Shown in pieces: positions 1 to 12,111 of a DNA stretch of 64,000 nt. The notes under the pieces were generated by a model. That model saw only the letters and a program-made list of their open reading frames with translations. It did no database searches and had not been told where the DNA came from. The position numbers and the translations under genes are program-made. This DNA is from Thecamonas trahens ATCC 50062 (lineage: Eukaryota; Protista; Apusomonadida), in the NCBI RefSeq assembly GCF_000142905.1, contig NW_013657644.1, forward strand, positions 300,826-364,825, in the 5' to 3' direction. The first letter of the stretch is position 1. Every line of letters begins with the position of its first letter.

Positions 1-901
1 TGCGACGTCGATCTTTGAGCAGTGTGGGGTGCCGCCGCCGGCAGAGGCGAGCTCGGCAGGAGGCGGCGAGGCTGCATCGATGGGTCTGCTGAGGATCCCG
101 AGTGCAGCAGCGCCTGGAGGTGGGTTGGGCACAGCGCGATCGATCCCGTCGGATGTGTCTGAGGCTGGCAACCTGACGCAGGGTCTCGGATCGACGTTGT
201 ACGCAGCGCCGGAGCAGGTCGATGGTGACGGGCGGTACGGAACCGGTGCCGACATGTTTTCGGTCGGCCTTGTGATGGTCGAGATGTTCCTCCCGCCGTT
301 TACCACGATGATGGAGCGGGTGCGGACGCTCGAGGCGGCACGCGCAGGCCACCTCGATCCGCAGATCTACTCAGCGTACCCGCAGGTGGCAGACCTCATT
401 GCGTCCCTGCTTGTGGTGGACAGCGAGCGGCCGACGGCGGCGGCGCTGCTGCGGCACCCGGTGTTTGAGCCTGTGTGGGTCGGGTCGGCGACCGGCTCGG
501 ACATGGCATCGTACTCGCCGACCTCGTGGCACTGGGGCACGCCGCCGGCATCGCCTATGGGCGGCAGCAAAGCCGGGCGGGCACGGGCACACTCGGGTTT
601 TGACGGCCCTTGGGAGCTGAGCGCCGAAGGCGGCGACGACCCCGGCAGCTCACCGGCCCGCGGCGCGTCGCCGCTCCTACGCGTCGCACCGCCGCCGAGC
701 CCCTCGGGCTCACCGCCGTTTGCGCTCACCCCGCCGCCGTGTCATGGGTGCAGCCAGCGCGAGACAGGCATGGAAAAGCTGTCGACCAAGCTGCAGGCGT
801 CGGAGGCGCGGGTGGCGCAGCTCGAGGCCTACATCCGCTCGCTCGGGGCGGTACCGCCGCTGGCGCCCGCGCCGTCGTCGCTACCGCGAACCTGGTCATG
901 A
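1..901 (+). CDS. eIF2-alpha kinase, HRI/EIF2AK1-like (5'-truncated by the window edge)
   Basis: Kinase subdomains VIII-XI with eIF2a-kinase hallmarks: TQGLGSTLYAAPEQ, DMFSVGLVMVEMF, PFTTMMER, ERPTAAALL. C-terminal coiled coil. Frame is open from the window start; stop TGA 899-901. Confidence 0.8.
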   Translation, partial: ATSIFEQCGVPPPAEASSAGGGEAASMGLLRIPSAAAPGGGLGTARSIPSDVSEAGNLTQGLGSTLYAAPEQVDGDGRYGTGADMFSVGLVMVEMFLPPFTTMMERVRTLEAARAGHLDPQIYSAYPQVADLIASLLVVDSERPTAAALLRHPVFEPVWVGSATGSDMASYSPTSWHWGTPPASPMGGSKAGRARAHSGFDGPWELSAEGGDDPGSSPARGASPLLRVAPPPSPSGSPPFALTPPPCHGCSQRETGMEKLSTKLQASEARVAQLEAYIRSLGAVPPLAPAPSSLPRTWS

Positions 902-1361
902 CGGCCACGTCGCGCTGGACATGTTCGGCTCTTCAACAAACAGCATCTCAAACTCGCCCGTCCGCTCTAGCTTTCCCCTCTTGCCGCAGTACAGGATGAG
1001 ATGACCAGCGTGGAGCTCGGTGTATCCGCCACGGAGGCTGAAGATCTCCCCGGGCTCCAGCATGCTCCCGACGTCATCCCACACCGCAAACGTGACAGAA
1101 CCGGTGGCATCAGCCACCTTGAACGTCGTCACCTTTGCGCCCGACTTGATCGTCCGCACTCCTGTGTGACATTGTGGGTGAGCAGGACAGTTGTGAGTGT
1201 GTGTATGTGGAGCTGGCCGCCTGACCCGCGCGCCCTCCCGCCACCGACCCACCGACCAGCACAGGCATACCGAGCTTGTCGAGCACCACAAATGCAGTGT
1301 TGACGACCCTCAGCTCGGGAGTGAGCTCAGCAATGGAGGCATCAACCCCTGTCTGGGCCAT
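896..1361 (-). CDS. NABP: SOSS complex subunit B / NABP (hSSB1-like) OB-fold ssDNA-binding protein
   Basis: join complement(896..1161,1271..1361); intron GTATGC...CACAG, phase 1. The product MAQTG...VVNTAFVVLDKL-GVRTIKSGAKVTTFKVADATGSVTFAVWDD...LILYCGKRGKLERTGEFEMLFVEEPNMS matches the NABP1/2 OB fold. Confidence 0.9.
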
Positions 1362-1598
1362 GGCAGGATCCTCGTCGAGATGAGTGTGGTCGTCACGACC
1401 AGATTGGGGGGGGGGGGGGGGGGGCAACCGACTCGTCCGCCTTGCCGACTTGCCCTGGCCTCAGCCCACGCCACTCCACTCACCACCACCACACCACCAC
1501 CACCACCACCACCACCACTACACCACTACACCACACACACACACACATACACACAGACCACAGACCACACACATTCCACAAACTCCATAGACGGTGAC

Positions 1599-2505
1599 AT
1601 GTCTGGAACACCATCCGCAAACCGTCGCACGCGGTCGTTGAAGGGTCGCCGTCGGGTCGCCACGCCCACCTCCAACCGCCAGGCCGTCAAGTTCCTGACC
1701 CAGAGGTAAGTGATGGACCTGGGAAGGAAGGAGGGGGGGGGAAGGGAGGGGAGGGGAGGGGAGGGGAGGGGAGGGGAGGGGAGATAGACTCATGCAGAAG
1801 GAACGGTTGGGAATCGATCGGGATCGGATGGTTGGGCTTGGGTTGTGGTGGATTGCGCGGTGTGTGTGGCTGGTGTCTGACGGGCGGATGGGGATGGGCT
1901 GGGTTGGGCGACTGGGGCTTGCGGGCGAGGGATTGTGTACTGGTGGTGGTGGTGGTGGTGGTATTGCTGCTTTGGTTGAATTCTGGTCGAAATCAATGCC
2001 CTCGTCTTCGGCGCTGTTGCTGTTGCTGGGCCATCGTCGCAGGGCCAAGGAGCGGGAGGCACGGAGGGAGGCCAAGCTGGCACAGCTGGATCACGAGCAA
2101 AGGGAGCTGGACTTTCAGTATGTGCAAAAGGTGAAAGAAGCCAACGATATGTTGTTGACGCTGGCACCGACCAAGCAGTATCGGGTGTTCAAGGCTCATG
2201 CGCGGGCCGAGCTGCGCATCCACTTGTACCAGAAGGACGACCTGCTGAAGGACCTTTCCATCGACCGTTTCCGGCGCGAGTACAAGCGGCTGCTGGTAGA
2301 GATCGAGCGCCGCGAGTCGCAGGCTCGCATGGGTCTCTCTGCTCGCTCGCGCGCAGAGACGGCCAAGCAGCGGCGGCAGGCCACCCGGCAGGAGATGCAG
2401 TCTGTCCTTCTCGACACCACCCGGCTCATCGGCCGACTCCGCGATCAGCTCGAGGAGCTCGAGTCCAAGGGCGGGTCCTTCTCGCCCTACATCGAGCGCC
2501 GTTAG
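1599..2505 (+). CDS. Basic coiled-coil protein of unknown function (~189 aa)
   Basis: join(1599..1705,2043..2505). Donor GTAAGT at 1706 and acceptor TCGCAG at 2042 join in frame (FLTQ-R-AKERE). Exon 2 has coding-type codon bias and charged helical sequence. Confidence 0.7.
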
Positions 2506-2814
2506 CGCCTGCCTCTTTCCCATGGGCCCAGCATGGTGATCTTGACCTCACCCTCTTGCCCTTTCTGGACCGCATTCTGCTCGCTAGCATCTACTGTAGA
2601 TCCGCATGAAGCCGTTTGCAAACGCCTTATCCCCATCATCACCTTCCCCATCTAGCACCACCATCCCCCAACAACAGTATGGCCATCAACAGTGTGGCCA
2701 TCCACATCATGGCTGTCTTCATCATCGCCATCGCCATTGTCGCCATCACCAACATTAACATCATCGTCATCACCATCACCATCACTGGCCTCGCCACCAT
2801 CACCATCATAATCA

Positions 2815-2853
2815 CCCCAACCCCAACCCCAACCCCAACCCCAACCCCAACCC
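2815..2853. repeat. (CCCCAA)n microsatellite in a C-rich 5' flank
   Basis: About 6 tandem CCCCAA units, embedded in CAT/CAC-rich low-complexity DNA. Confidence 0.85.
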
Positions 2854-2961
2854 CACCCACTCTCCTCCCTCCCCCCTCCTCCTCCCTCCTCCACCACCAG
2901 CCAATCCCAGCACCGGCCAAACGGCCACCACTCCACTTTCTTGTGAACACCCAGCCAACTC

Positions 2962-5014
2962 ATGAGTGAGGACGGTAAGGCCAGATCCCCTCCCGTCCCT
3001 CCCCCTACACACACCCACACACCCACACACACTCTCTCTCTTTATCCATACCCTCCCCCCTTCACTCACCCTCCCCCCCCCCCCTCCCTTCGTAGGTGAT
3101 GCCCTTCAGGCACTCTGGGACGCATGCGAGGAGGGAGAGCTGTCTGCGGTAGAGTCAGCACTGACTGCCGTTGGAGACCGATTGGATGTGGTGGATACGG
3201 ATGGAGATGGTTACACCGCTTTGCAGTATGCTGTGAGGGCAAAGGCGCCTGATGTGGTCAGGTTTCTGTTGGCGGAAGGTGCTAATCCCGAAGTCCCGTC
3301 GGCCTTTGGTGGAGAGACGGCTCTTCATCTGGCGACAAAGCTCCAACACGCGGCTCTGGTGGACATACTGCTCAATGACGGCTTTGCTCGCCCTGATCCT
3401 CCTTCTTCAAAGACGGGCATGACTCCATTGGACATGGCGATGGATCCGGCTTGCAAGGATCTGCTTCGTCAAGCCATGGACCTCCAGCTAGACTCGGAAG
3501 ATGCTCCTGCTCATGATCCGGCTCGGGTCATGGCCAAGGCTCTGTATGACTTTGTGGCAGAGCACGATGAGGAGATGTCTCTTGCTGTTGGCGATGTTGT
3601 CCTCGTTGAGACATGGGACGAGGGCAACGAGTGGCAGCATGGCCACAAGATCAAGAACATCGCCCGCAACCCGATCCTCCTCGGGCCTGTTGGCCTCTTC
3701 CCGTCCAACTTTGTCGATCCTGTCGAGGTGCCGGCTCCGGCGCCGCCCGTTCCCGCCTTGCCGGCTAACGCCTCCTCGATGTCCACGCCCAAGTCGAGCA
3801 AGGCGGGCAAGGCCAAGTCCAAGCTGGACTCGACCAAGTCGCCGTCTGCCGCCACTGGTGCGCTCTCGCCCGAGACCAAGGAACTGCTGCGGAAGCAGAA
3901 AGAGCAGCGCGCACTGGTCAAGGAGCAGCTGGCTAAGGTCGACGGCTTTGTCCTTCCGTCGGATCTCCAGGCCAAGCTCGAAGACGAGACTGACGACTTT
4001 GACGACTGGTCGTCAGTTGACGACGCAGAGCCCAGGACCGATGCAGGCGCCAAGCCGCAGCAGGCCAAGGTCACTCTGGCTGCGCCAGCGTCGTCATGGG
4101 CTGCCGCTTTTGGCGAGTCCACTGCCCCGCTCCTCGACTCATACCAGCTCATCCGCGAGGCGCTGGATGCCGTCAAGCTCCCCAAGTACCTCGAAAACTT
4201 TGAGGATGCCGGCGTCGACGACTCGCTCCTTGCAGAGCTTGACCTTGCAGACCTCAAGGAGATGGGCATCTCGCGCCTCGGCGACCGCAAGAAAATCCTT
4301 ATGGCGCTCAAGGCTGCCGGTGCCATTGAGGCTAAGCCTCCTCTTGACACCTCCGACGTCGATGTCGGTGTTGACGACGACGCCGACGTCGGCCGTGACT
4401 CGGGCGACGCCGACGTGCCACCGGCCAACTCAAAGCGATCAGGTCGCCGTCGCAAGAACAGGCGCAACCGCGGCGCAGCCGCAGCCGCCGGCGCTACCGG
4501 CGTTGCTGTCGGTGCAGTCGCTGGCGCTGGGCTTGCTTCCGATGACTCTGGCCCGCCGCCAGCCCCGCCCAAGCGAGTCTCTTCGCTCGCCTTTGTCGAC
4601 TACGACTTTAAGGCTGCTGCCGCTGCCGAAAAGTCCAAGTCGGCCGACCGCCCGCAATCAGCGCTGGCTCGGTCGGCGTCGCGCTCGCGTCGCGGCGGTG
4701 ACCCATCGCTCCGTTCAGCAGCGGCCAGGAACCGGGCCTCGCGGTTCGGCGCCTCGCCCGTCACCACCGACGACGCCAGCCCGCCGCCGCCGCCCAAGCG
4801 CGTGTCGTCGATGGCATATGCCGACTACGTCTTTGACCCGTCCAAGCCTCCTCCCTCGGACAAGGCCCGCGACGGCGAGAGCGACGGCACCGACATCATC
4901 TCCGACGACGATGTCGATCCTTTCACCCGCCGCCAGCGTGAGCAGGCTGCCCGCCAGCGCCAGCAGCAGCAACAGCAGCAGCAGCAGAGCAAGGGATGCT
5001 GCGTTGTCATGTAG
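2962..5014 (+). CDS. Ankyrin repeat + SH3 + SAM adaptor with C-terminal CaaX box
   Basis: join(2962..2974,3096..5014); ATG AGT GAG GAC G|GTAAGG ... CGTAG|GT GAT. Ankyrin repeats (DGYTALQYA, GETALHLA, GMTPLDMA), SH3 (ALYDFVAEHDEEMSL...EW...GLFPSNFV), SAM (LPKYLENF...DLKEMGISRLGDRKKIL); ends KGCCVVM*. Confidence 0.88.
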
Positions 5015-5043
5015 CTGCAACGTTTTGCTTTCAATGAACATCG

Positions 5044-8000
5044 TCACTCATCATCATCGTCGCTCTCGGTCTCGGTCTCGACCGACGAGCCCCACACGTT
5101 GTTGTTCCCGCCGTCGGACGACACACTCACGATCGAGGCTGACGAAGGCGAGCCCATCGCTGGCACCGGTGACTGGGCGATTGCATCAAACTTAGCAAGG
5201 TGCCCGGTGTCGGACGAAGCCTCGTCGGCAAAGTTCATCGAGTCGGCCGAGATGGCCAGCGACTCGGCCGAGGACCGGAACCGAGCGTCGTAGATAAAGG
5301 TCGGCGTGAACGCGCCCGACCGCGGGCCGGTCACACGCAGCTCGTCCGGATCATCGACAAGGGCGGCCAAGTACACGTAGTCATCGTCCGAGTCGAGCGT
5401 CCCAAGCGACTCGATGGCCGAGCCCCACTCGCACGACATCGACCGCAGCCGCTGCCGCGGTGTCGGTGCGCCCGGCGTCGTCGGCGTCGGCAGCGACTCG
5501 GAGAGCGATGCGTTCGACACGTCGCGCACCACATGGACCTCGAGCATCGGCAAGCCTGTCGTCTCTGATGCTGACGGCGTTGTCGCCGGTGAAGGTAGCT
5601 CCAAGCTGCTGCTGCCGCCGCTGCCGCCGCCGGCGCTGGCCTGCCGCTGCTTGACCCGCTCTGCCGCCGCGTGGTCCTGCAGTGCGTGGTCGACCTCGAC
5701 TAGCAGCGACGCGAGTGTGTCGCGGACCTCGACACGGTGCTCCTTCGGCGTGTGCTTGATGAGCGCCGCAATGTCCGACCGCGGCGGTGGAAAGTCGACT
5801 AGCGCCGCCAGACCCGACGCGCTGTCGCCGATGGTCTTGGCAAACGCAACCAGGCCGTCGAGCGTCACCTCGTTGCCGTCGGTCCGAAGAATCCGCAGCA
5901 TCGGTCCAGTCGGCCCGGCGTCTTTCAGCGTCGCCGCCAGCAGACTCAGCGTCGACGAGCAGCGGTTGTGGGAAATGTCGAGCTCGGTGAGCGCCGGCGC
6001 CCGCTTGAGCGCCAGCAGCAGCGGTTCCAGCGACGAGCCGAGGTAGCGTTTGCGGTCGGCCGAGCCCGCGAGCGAGAGCGTGTGCAGCGTTGAGCCGGGC
6101 GAGGTTGTCAGTGCCACAAGCAGCGACATGGCCAGGTCTGTGTGCTTTCCGCGGTGCTTGAGGTTTCTTCCAAACCGCAGCTCCTGCAGTGTGTCCACTT
6201 TGCACAGGCCAAGCAGCAGCTCGCACACTCCGTCGTTGTTCTTGGTCTTGAGCGTGATGCCCTCCATCGTCAGCGCTGTCAGGTTCTTCGAGTCCGCCAG
6301 CGCCGCGAGGAGAAGCTGCTCGCCGCGCAGGCCGTAGTCAAAGTTAGAGACGTCGACGTCGACCGACGGCTTCGACCGATCGTTGAGGAGACAGGCCAAG
6401 AGCGAGACGAGCCCCTCGCGCCCGACCCGGACTCCAGCCAGCGAGACCTCGTGGACCGGCGAGGTGACCACCGCCGCCCGAAGCGCCGGCAACGCTCGCT
6501 TGTCGAGCGTGTTGCCAGCCAGTCCCAGACTCTGCAGTGACGGCGCGAGCTGCACCGTCTTGGCCAGCACTCCACAGTCAATGCCAGTGTGCGAGAGGTC
6601 AAGCCGAGTCAGGGACGGCGCGAGGCTCACCACGTTCCACAGCGCTCGCGCCGCCGACGACGACGACAGCTTGTTTGATGCGAGGTTGAGCGTCCGCAGC
6701 GTCCATACCACCCGCCCGTCCAGAGCCGCCAGCGGCGCAGCCGGCCGAGGGTAGCCGCTCGCTTCGCACCGTTCGCACCCGTCACACGACTCGCTCTCCG
6801 AGCCCAGGCTCGCGTCCGACGCCGATGAGTCGAGTACAAACTCTCCGTCGCCGACCGAGCCCTCCTCAAACGGCAGGTTCGAGAGGCTCGAGCTGTGAGC
6901 CAGCCGCGAGCCCGGTCCAGCAAACACGCTCGGCGTCGCGCCGCCACCTGGCAGCGCCGCCGACGCCGACGACGGCGATGCCGAGTAGTCGTCAGTCGGC
7001 GGCTCACCTGTCGACGGCCCAGCATCGGGCGCTGCCGCCGCTGTCGGCGGCCCGCCGCTGCCTTCAGCGCCCAAGCCGGCCGCCGCCGACGCCGCTGCTG
7101 CATCCTCAAGCGTCTCCCAGTCGAGGTCCGCCAGCTCGAGCCGCTTCGCCACCAGCGCGGTAAGAAGCGTCGAGACGCCGGTTCGTGACGACGGCAGCGC
7201 CGCAGAAAGATCCAGCCCGACCAGCGAGGTGCCCGCGCCCAGGACGGTCCCGAGCTCGGAAAGCACCTTGTCTGGCAGCGGGTTGCCCGCCAGGGAGAGG
7301 ACTCGAACCCGTGGCATGGCGTCGCGGAGGCCAGTGAGCAGCGTCCGCCACGCCGTCGATGATGACGGCAGCCCGAGCTCGGCCAGATCAAAGTGAGTGA
7401 GGTGGAGGTTGTGGGCGAGGAGCTGCGCAAGCTGCGGGACCACAGACTTGCACGAAATGCCGTGGAGTGAGAGGTGCGTAAAGTAAGCCGAGTGTGTGAG
7501 CGCCGAGAGCAGCGGGCCGGTCGTCGGCATGTGCAGCGGCGCGCCCGATCGCAGGTTGGCCGAGAGTGCGAGCATGTGAACGTCAAACTCGCGCTCGATG
7601 CCGTCGTCGAGCGACTGGATGTGGTTCACCACCGCAGGGCAGATCTCGACGTCATAGAGAACACAGAACGCGCGGTACGCCGCCACAAACCCTCCGCAAT
7701 GCCGCGCCGGCAGCGGTAGCGGATCCAGCGGCGGAAGCAGTCGCCGCACATTGATGTCGACCGTGTACTCGGCCGGCCAGCCCAGCGTCACCGCGCGGAG
7801 CGCCGTGAGCAGCGCCTGTAGAAACTCACGGATCCGCGCAGGATGCGAGGCAAAGACCACAGAGTGCTGCGCCTGCAGCCAGAGAAGCCGGATATCGTCG
7901 GGATTGTGCGACTGGATGTGCGAGAGTGCGTAGAGTGGGATCTTGTGCAGGACGACGGGGTCAGCGCCAAGCTGGGGCAGCGACGGCTGGACCACAAAGA

Positions 8001-8334
8001 GCACAAACTCAAAGAGGACGGCAACCGCGCCGCCGGCGGCCTGCGAGTTGGCGTCGAGGAGCGAGACCCACTTGCAAAATAGCAGCTTTTGCTCCACCTT
8101 GAGCATCCGAGCCATCTGCTCGCCGGCCACGTACGCAATCGCCAGCTGGGTATCCGACTCTTCCATCGCGTAAACAGCGAGGCTGACCGGCGCTGCTGCC
8201 CGCCGCCGCGCCTTGCGCCGCGCCCGCCGAGCCGCACGGGCTGCCGCCACCCCACTGATGCTTCGAGAGGCCACACCAGCGCGTGAGGTCTCGCAGGAGA
8301 TCTTAGCGTCGTCGTCAGAGTTGCCCGAGCCCAG

Positions 8335-8372
<38 letters not shown>

Positions 8373-9382
8373 ACACTTCCGAGTTGGAGTCCGAGTCAGA
8401 GCCGCGGCCGCCGCCATCATCCCGCGGAGAGGCAAGCGGCGGCGACGGCGGCGGCGACTCGAGCCGTCGCCCGCTCGCATGCATGATGTCGGCCTTGAAC
8501 CGGACCACGGCTTCGGGCGACGGCGCGTCCTGAGCACTTGCACCTGTAAGTGCAACGCCGTCCGAGCTGACAGGCGCTTCAACTAGGCTGCCGCTGCCAG
8601 TGCCAAGAGCCTGCGCTCGCGGCGAGCCAGCGTCGCCGGCGCCGGATCCGTGCGAGGCTGACGACGAGAGCTGCTCCCAGTGAACACGGCGCGAGGGCCT
8701 GGCAGGCGGCGGCGAGAGAGAGCGGGCAGGCGGAACCGGACCGGCCGGCGAGACGGCTGGAGAGAAGCTAGGCGATGACGGGATGGCGACGCGCGGGGCC
8801 GGCGACGGCGTGAGCGTGACGAAGTCGGGCTCTTCGGCATTGTCTTCGGCGTCGGAGCCGCGCGGTGTTGGCTGGGCCGAGGACTCGCGCGAGAGCGAGC
8901 ATGTCGGCGAGTGGCCGCGGGGAGGATCAAGAGTGGCCGACGACGGGATCCATGTCTTGAGGCGCTCCTGCAGATGAATGCGTGTGGCGGCGACGGCAGC
9001 GGTGTCGAGATCATTTGTCCGGGCGACGTAGAGAAAGGAGTCGTGGGCGTCGCGGGTGGCAGCCACGTGGGCATTGAGCGCTTGCATCCAGTCGAGCATG
9101 TCGGTGTTGGAGCCTGCGCGGAGGTAGTAGTTTGGCCGCTGCGGCGAATGAATCTGGAAGCAGAACCGCTTGCGCATGTTTGTGGCCGGCATGACAATGA
9201 CATCCTCGAGTGAAATGGGGACGTACGCGTCGTCGGGCGCGTCGGCGCTTGTCCGCCGCGCGTACTCAAAGACGCCGTCGGAGCGGAGGCGGAAGAACCG
9301 CTTGGCCCAGGTCTTAATCCGCGAGCCGGACCGCTTGGAGAGAAGGCCCTGCTTGATGATCCGCCAGGCGTGCGGGCCCGAA

Positions 9383-9416
<34 letters not shown>

Positions 9417-11196
9417 CGTCGTCAGAGCCCGTGACGGGTGTAAGTGTCGACGAGAACGATGCAAACGAGGTCGACGACAGCGTGATGGTCGACGACGAGC
9501 CCGAGACGCCGCCGACCATCTCGAGCGGGTGCACGTGCCTGTGGCCCGACGACGAGTCAGAGCACGACTGCGAGGCTGAGCTTGTGGTGGTGCCACTCGA
9601 GTCAGTCTCGGTCGTGAGCGAGTAGTATGAGACCGAGGCCTGCCACGCCGGCGACCGCGACCGTGTCGATGGCGGCGACGACGGCGGTGATGACGCGCCT
9701 GCTACGTTGGTGAGCGAGCCCGACCGGGTGACCTCAGTGGTCTTGGCCCGAGCCAGCGCTTCGTTCTCGTCCTCGTACGTCGCCGACATGTCGTAGCCTG
9801 AGGCCGAGGCCTCCACGCTCCGTCGCGACCGGCCCCGACGCCTGCCTGGCGAGCGGGTGGTGATCCGCAGGTGGTCCGACGACTGGGTCTTGGCCTTGGC
9901 CTTGGTCTTGGCTTTGGCCTTGGCCTTGACCTTGGCCTTGGATCGTGTGCGCGCCTTGAACGAGAACGATGATGAGAGCGTGTCGTCGTCACCGTACTCG
10001 TCGTCGAGCTCAAAGTACTGCGCGCTGGGGCTGGTCTTGGTCTTGGTCTTGGTCTTGGCCTTGGTCTTAGCTTTGGCCTTGGTCTTGGTCTTGAGCTCGG
10101 GCTTGGTCTTGGCCTTGGTCTTGGTCTTGGTCTTGGTCTTGGTCTTGGCTTTGGGCTTGGGCTTGGTCTTGGCCTTAGTCTTGGCCTTGGCCTGGAATGA
10201 TGACATGGTCTCGTCGTACTCGTCATCGGGATCGTCGCCAACAAGCGAGGCGGGTTTGAATCGCGAACGCACGTCGTCGTCGCCATCATCATCATTAGCA
10301 TCAGCCAGCTCGTCGTCGTCGTCGTCGTCGTCGTCATAACACGCCGACTCATCCGCATCGACATCGCTCTCTGTGCGCGGTGACCACGAGTCCCCTACCG
10401 GGGCACGACGGCTGTGCGAGCGACCAACCGCGCGCCGAGGATACTCAACGTCCAGCAACAGCATAGATGAGTCGGGAGTGGGCGACGAGTCCGCCACAAG
10501 CGACTCGACCGTGGCTGGCGACTCTGGCGACTGCTGCTTGACCTTGGCCTTCAACTTGCGGTGCCGACGGGCATCTGAGCTGGGGCTGGGGCTGGGGCTG
10601 GGGCTGGGGCTGAGGCTGACGACGTCCTTAGCGTTGCCCTTGACCTTGGCCATAGACTGGGCCTTCTTGAGCTTGGCCTTGCTGCCAATTGACTTGGTCT
10701 TGATCTTGGCCTTGCGGCTCTTCGACTTTGACTTGATCTTGGACTTTGGCTTTGTCTTGGACTTGGACTTGTACGGAGCAGTAGTCGACGATGATGTTGG
10801 TGACGGCGTTGGAGTTGTGGTACGAGCATGAAGCGGAGACGGAGACCCCGAGCTAACCATAATCAGCGGACGAGTTGACGACGTCGATGAGTACGGTGGC
10901 CCTGATCTTGTTCCCGCTGCTGTTGTTGATGAGCCTGCTGCTCTTGCTGCACTTGCTGCACTTGCTGCACTTGCTGCACTTGCTGCACTTGCTGCACTTG
11001 CTGCATCTATTGCTGTTGGAAGAGACGATGACAGCACTGTCTCTCTCTTCTTGCCCTTGCCCTTCATCATCTTCTCCTTGCCCTTGCCCTTGCCCTTGCC
11101 CTTGCCCTTGCCCTTGCTCTTGCCCTTGCCCTTGCCCTTGTCCTTGCCCTTGCCCTTGTCCTTGCCGTCTCGTCTCCCCCGTCTGTTGCCTTCCAT
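5044..11196 (-). CDS. CARMIL-family-like LRR protein with an additional canonical PH domain and a Lys-rich low-complexity N-terminus
   Basis: About 2050-aa ORF. Canonical PH (IIKQGLLSKRSGSRIKTWAKRFFRL...YYLRAGSNTDMLDWMQAL), CARMIL linker-like CGGFVAAYRAFC, and many RI-type LRRs (LxxLxLxxN). First ATG at 11196; an upstream exon is possible. Confidence 0.75.
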
Positions 11197-11744
11197 GTCC
11201 ACCTGCCGTTCCGCCAAAGCTCTGTCCACCACAGACACGAGTCAGAAGAAGGGAGGGAGGTGGAGAGGGGGTGTATACGTCACACCTCCTGGTAATTGCC
11301 CAGGACAGGTGGTGTTATATGCCTCTTTGTCTATGGGGGGGGGGGTTGGGGGGGAGGGGGGGTGACCGACAGGATCCTGTTCCGATCCAAGCAGACATGC
11401 CACGTCAAGGTGAATGGGGGATCATGATTAATTAATGGAGAAATAATCGTAGGTAGGGCAGAGGACGACAGGTGCCCCCATAATGGTTGGTGCCACGTGG
11501 GAATCGCTCGCTTGATTTCTATGNNNNNNNNNNNNNNNNNNNNNNNNNNNNNNNNNNNNNNNNNNNNNNNNNNNNNNNNNNNNNNNNNNNNNNNNNNNNN
11601 NNNNNNNNNNNNNNNNNNNNNNNNNNNNNNNNNNNNNNNNNNNNNNNNNNNNNNNNNNNNNNNNNNNNNNNNNNNNNNNNNNNNNNNNNNNNNNNNNNNN
11701 NNNNNNNNNNNNNNNNNNNNNGTGTCATAGGGGGGGCGGGGCAT

Positions 11745-11823
11745 CATGGCCATCATCATCACATCATCATCATCATAGTCATCATCATCATCATCATCAT
11801 CATCATAGTCATCATCATCATAG

Positions 11824-11860
<37 letters not shown>

Positions 11861-11890
11861 AGTCATCATCATCACCATCACCATCATCAC
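11745..11890. repeat. (CAT)n trinucleotide microsatellite
   Basis: Long imperfect CATCATCAT tract next to the gap at 11524-11721. Confidence 0.9.
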
Positions 11891-12111
11891 TTTTATCTCC
11901 CTTTCTCCCAACACATCACCATGATCACCCCACCCATCATCCATCGCCCATGACTGTACCCCTCCCCACTGAGCCCCATGACTGTGCCGCAGTGCCTCTT
12001 CAGGCTCCGCCACCACCACCCCCCCCCTTGCACACACACCCCGCAAACACAACCAGTCTCACCACCACCTCTCTCTCTCTCTCCCTCCCCCCCCCCTCTC
12101 AACTCATCGTC

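Noticed and set aside
2815-2853. (CCCCAA)n as a telomere or interstitial telomeric seed
   Set aside because: Only ~6 units, among many other hexamer microsatellites; the telomere repeat of this organism cannot be determined from the window.
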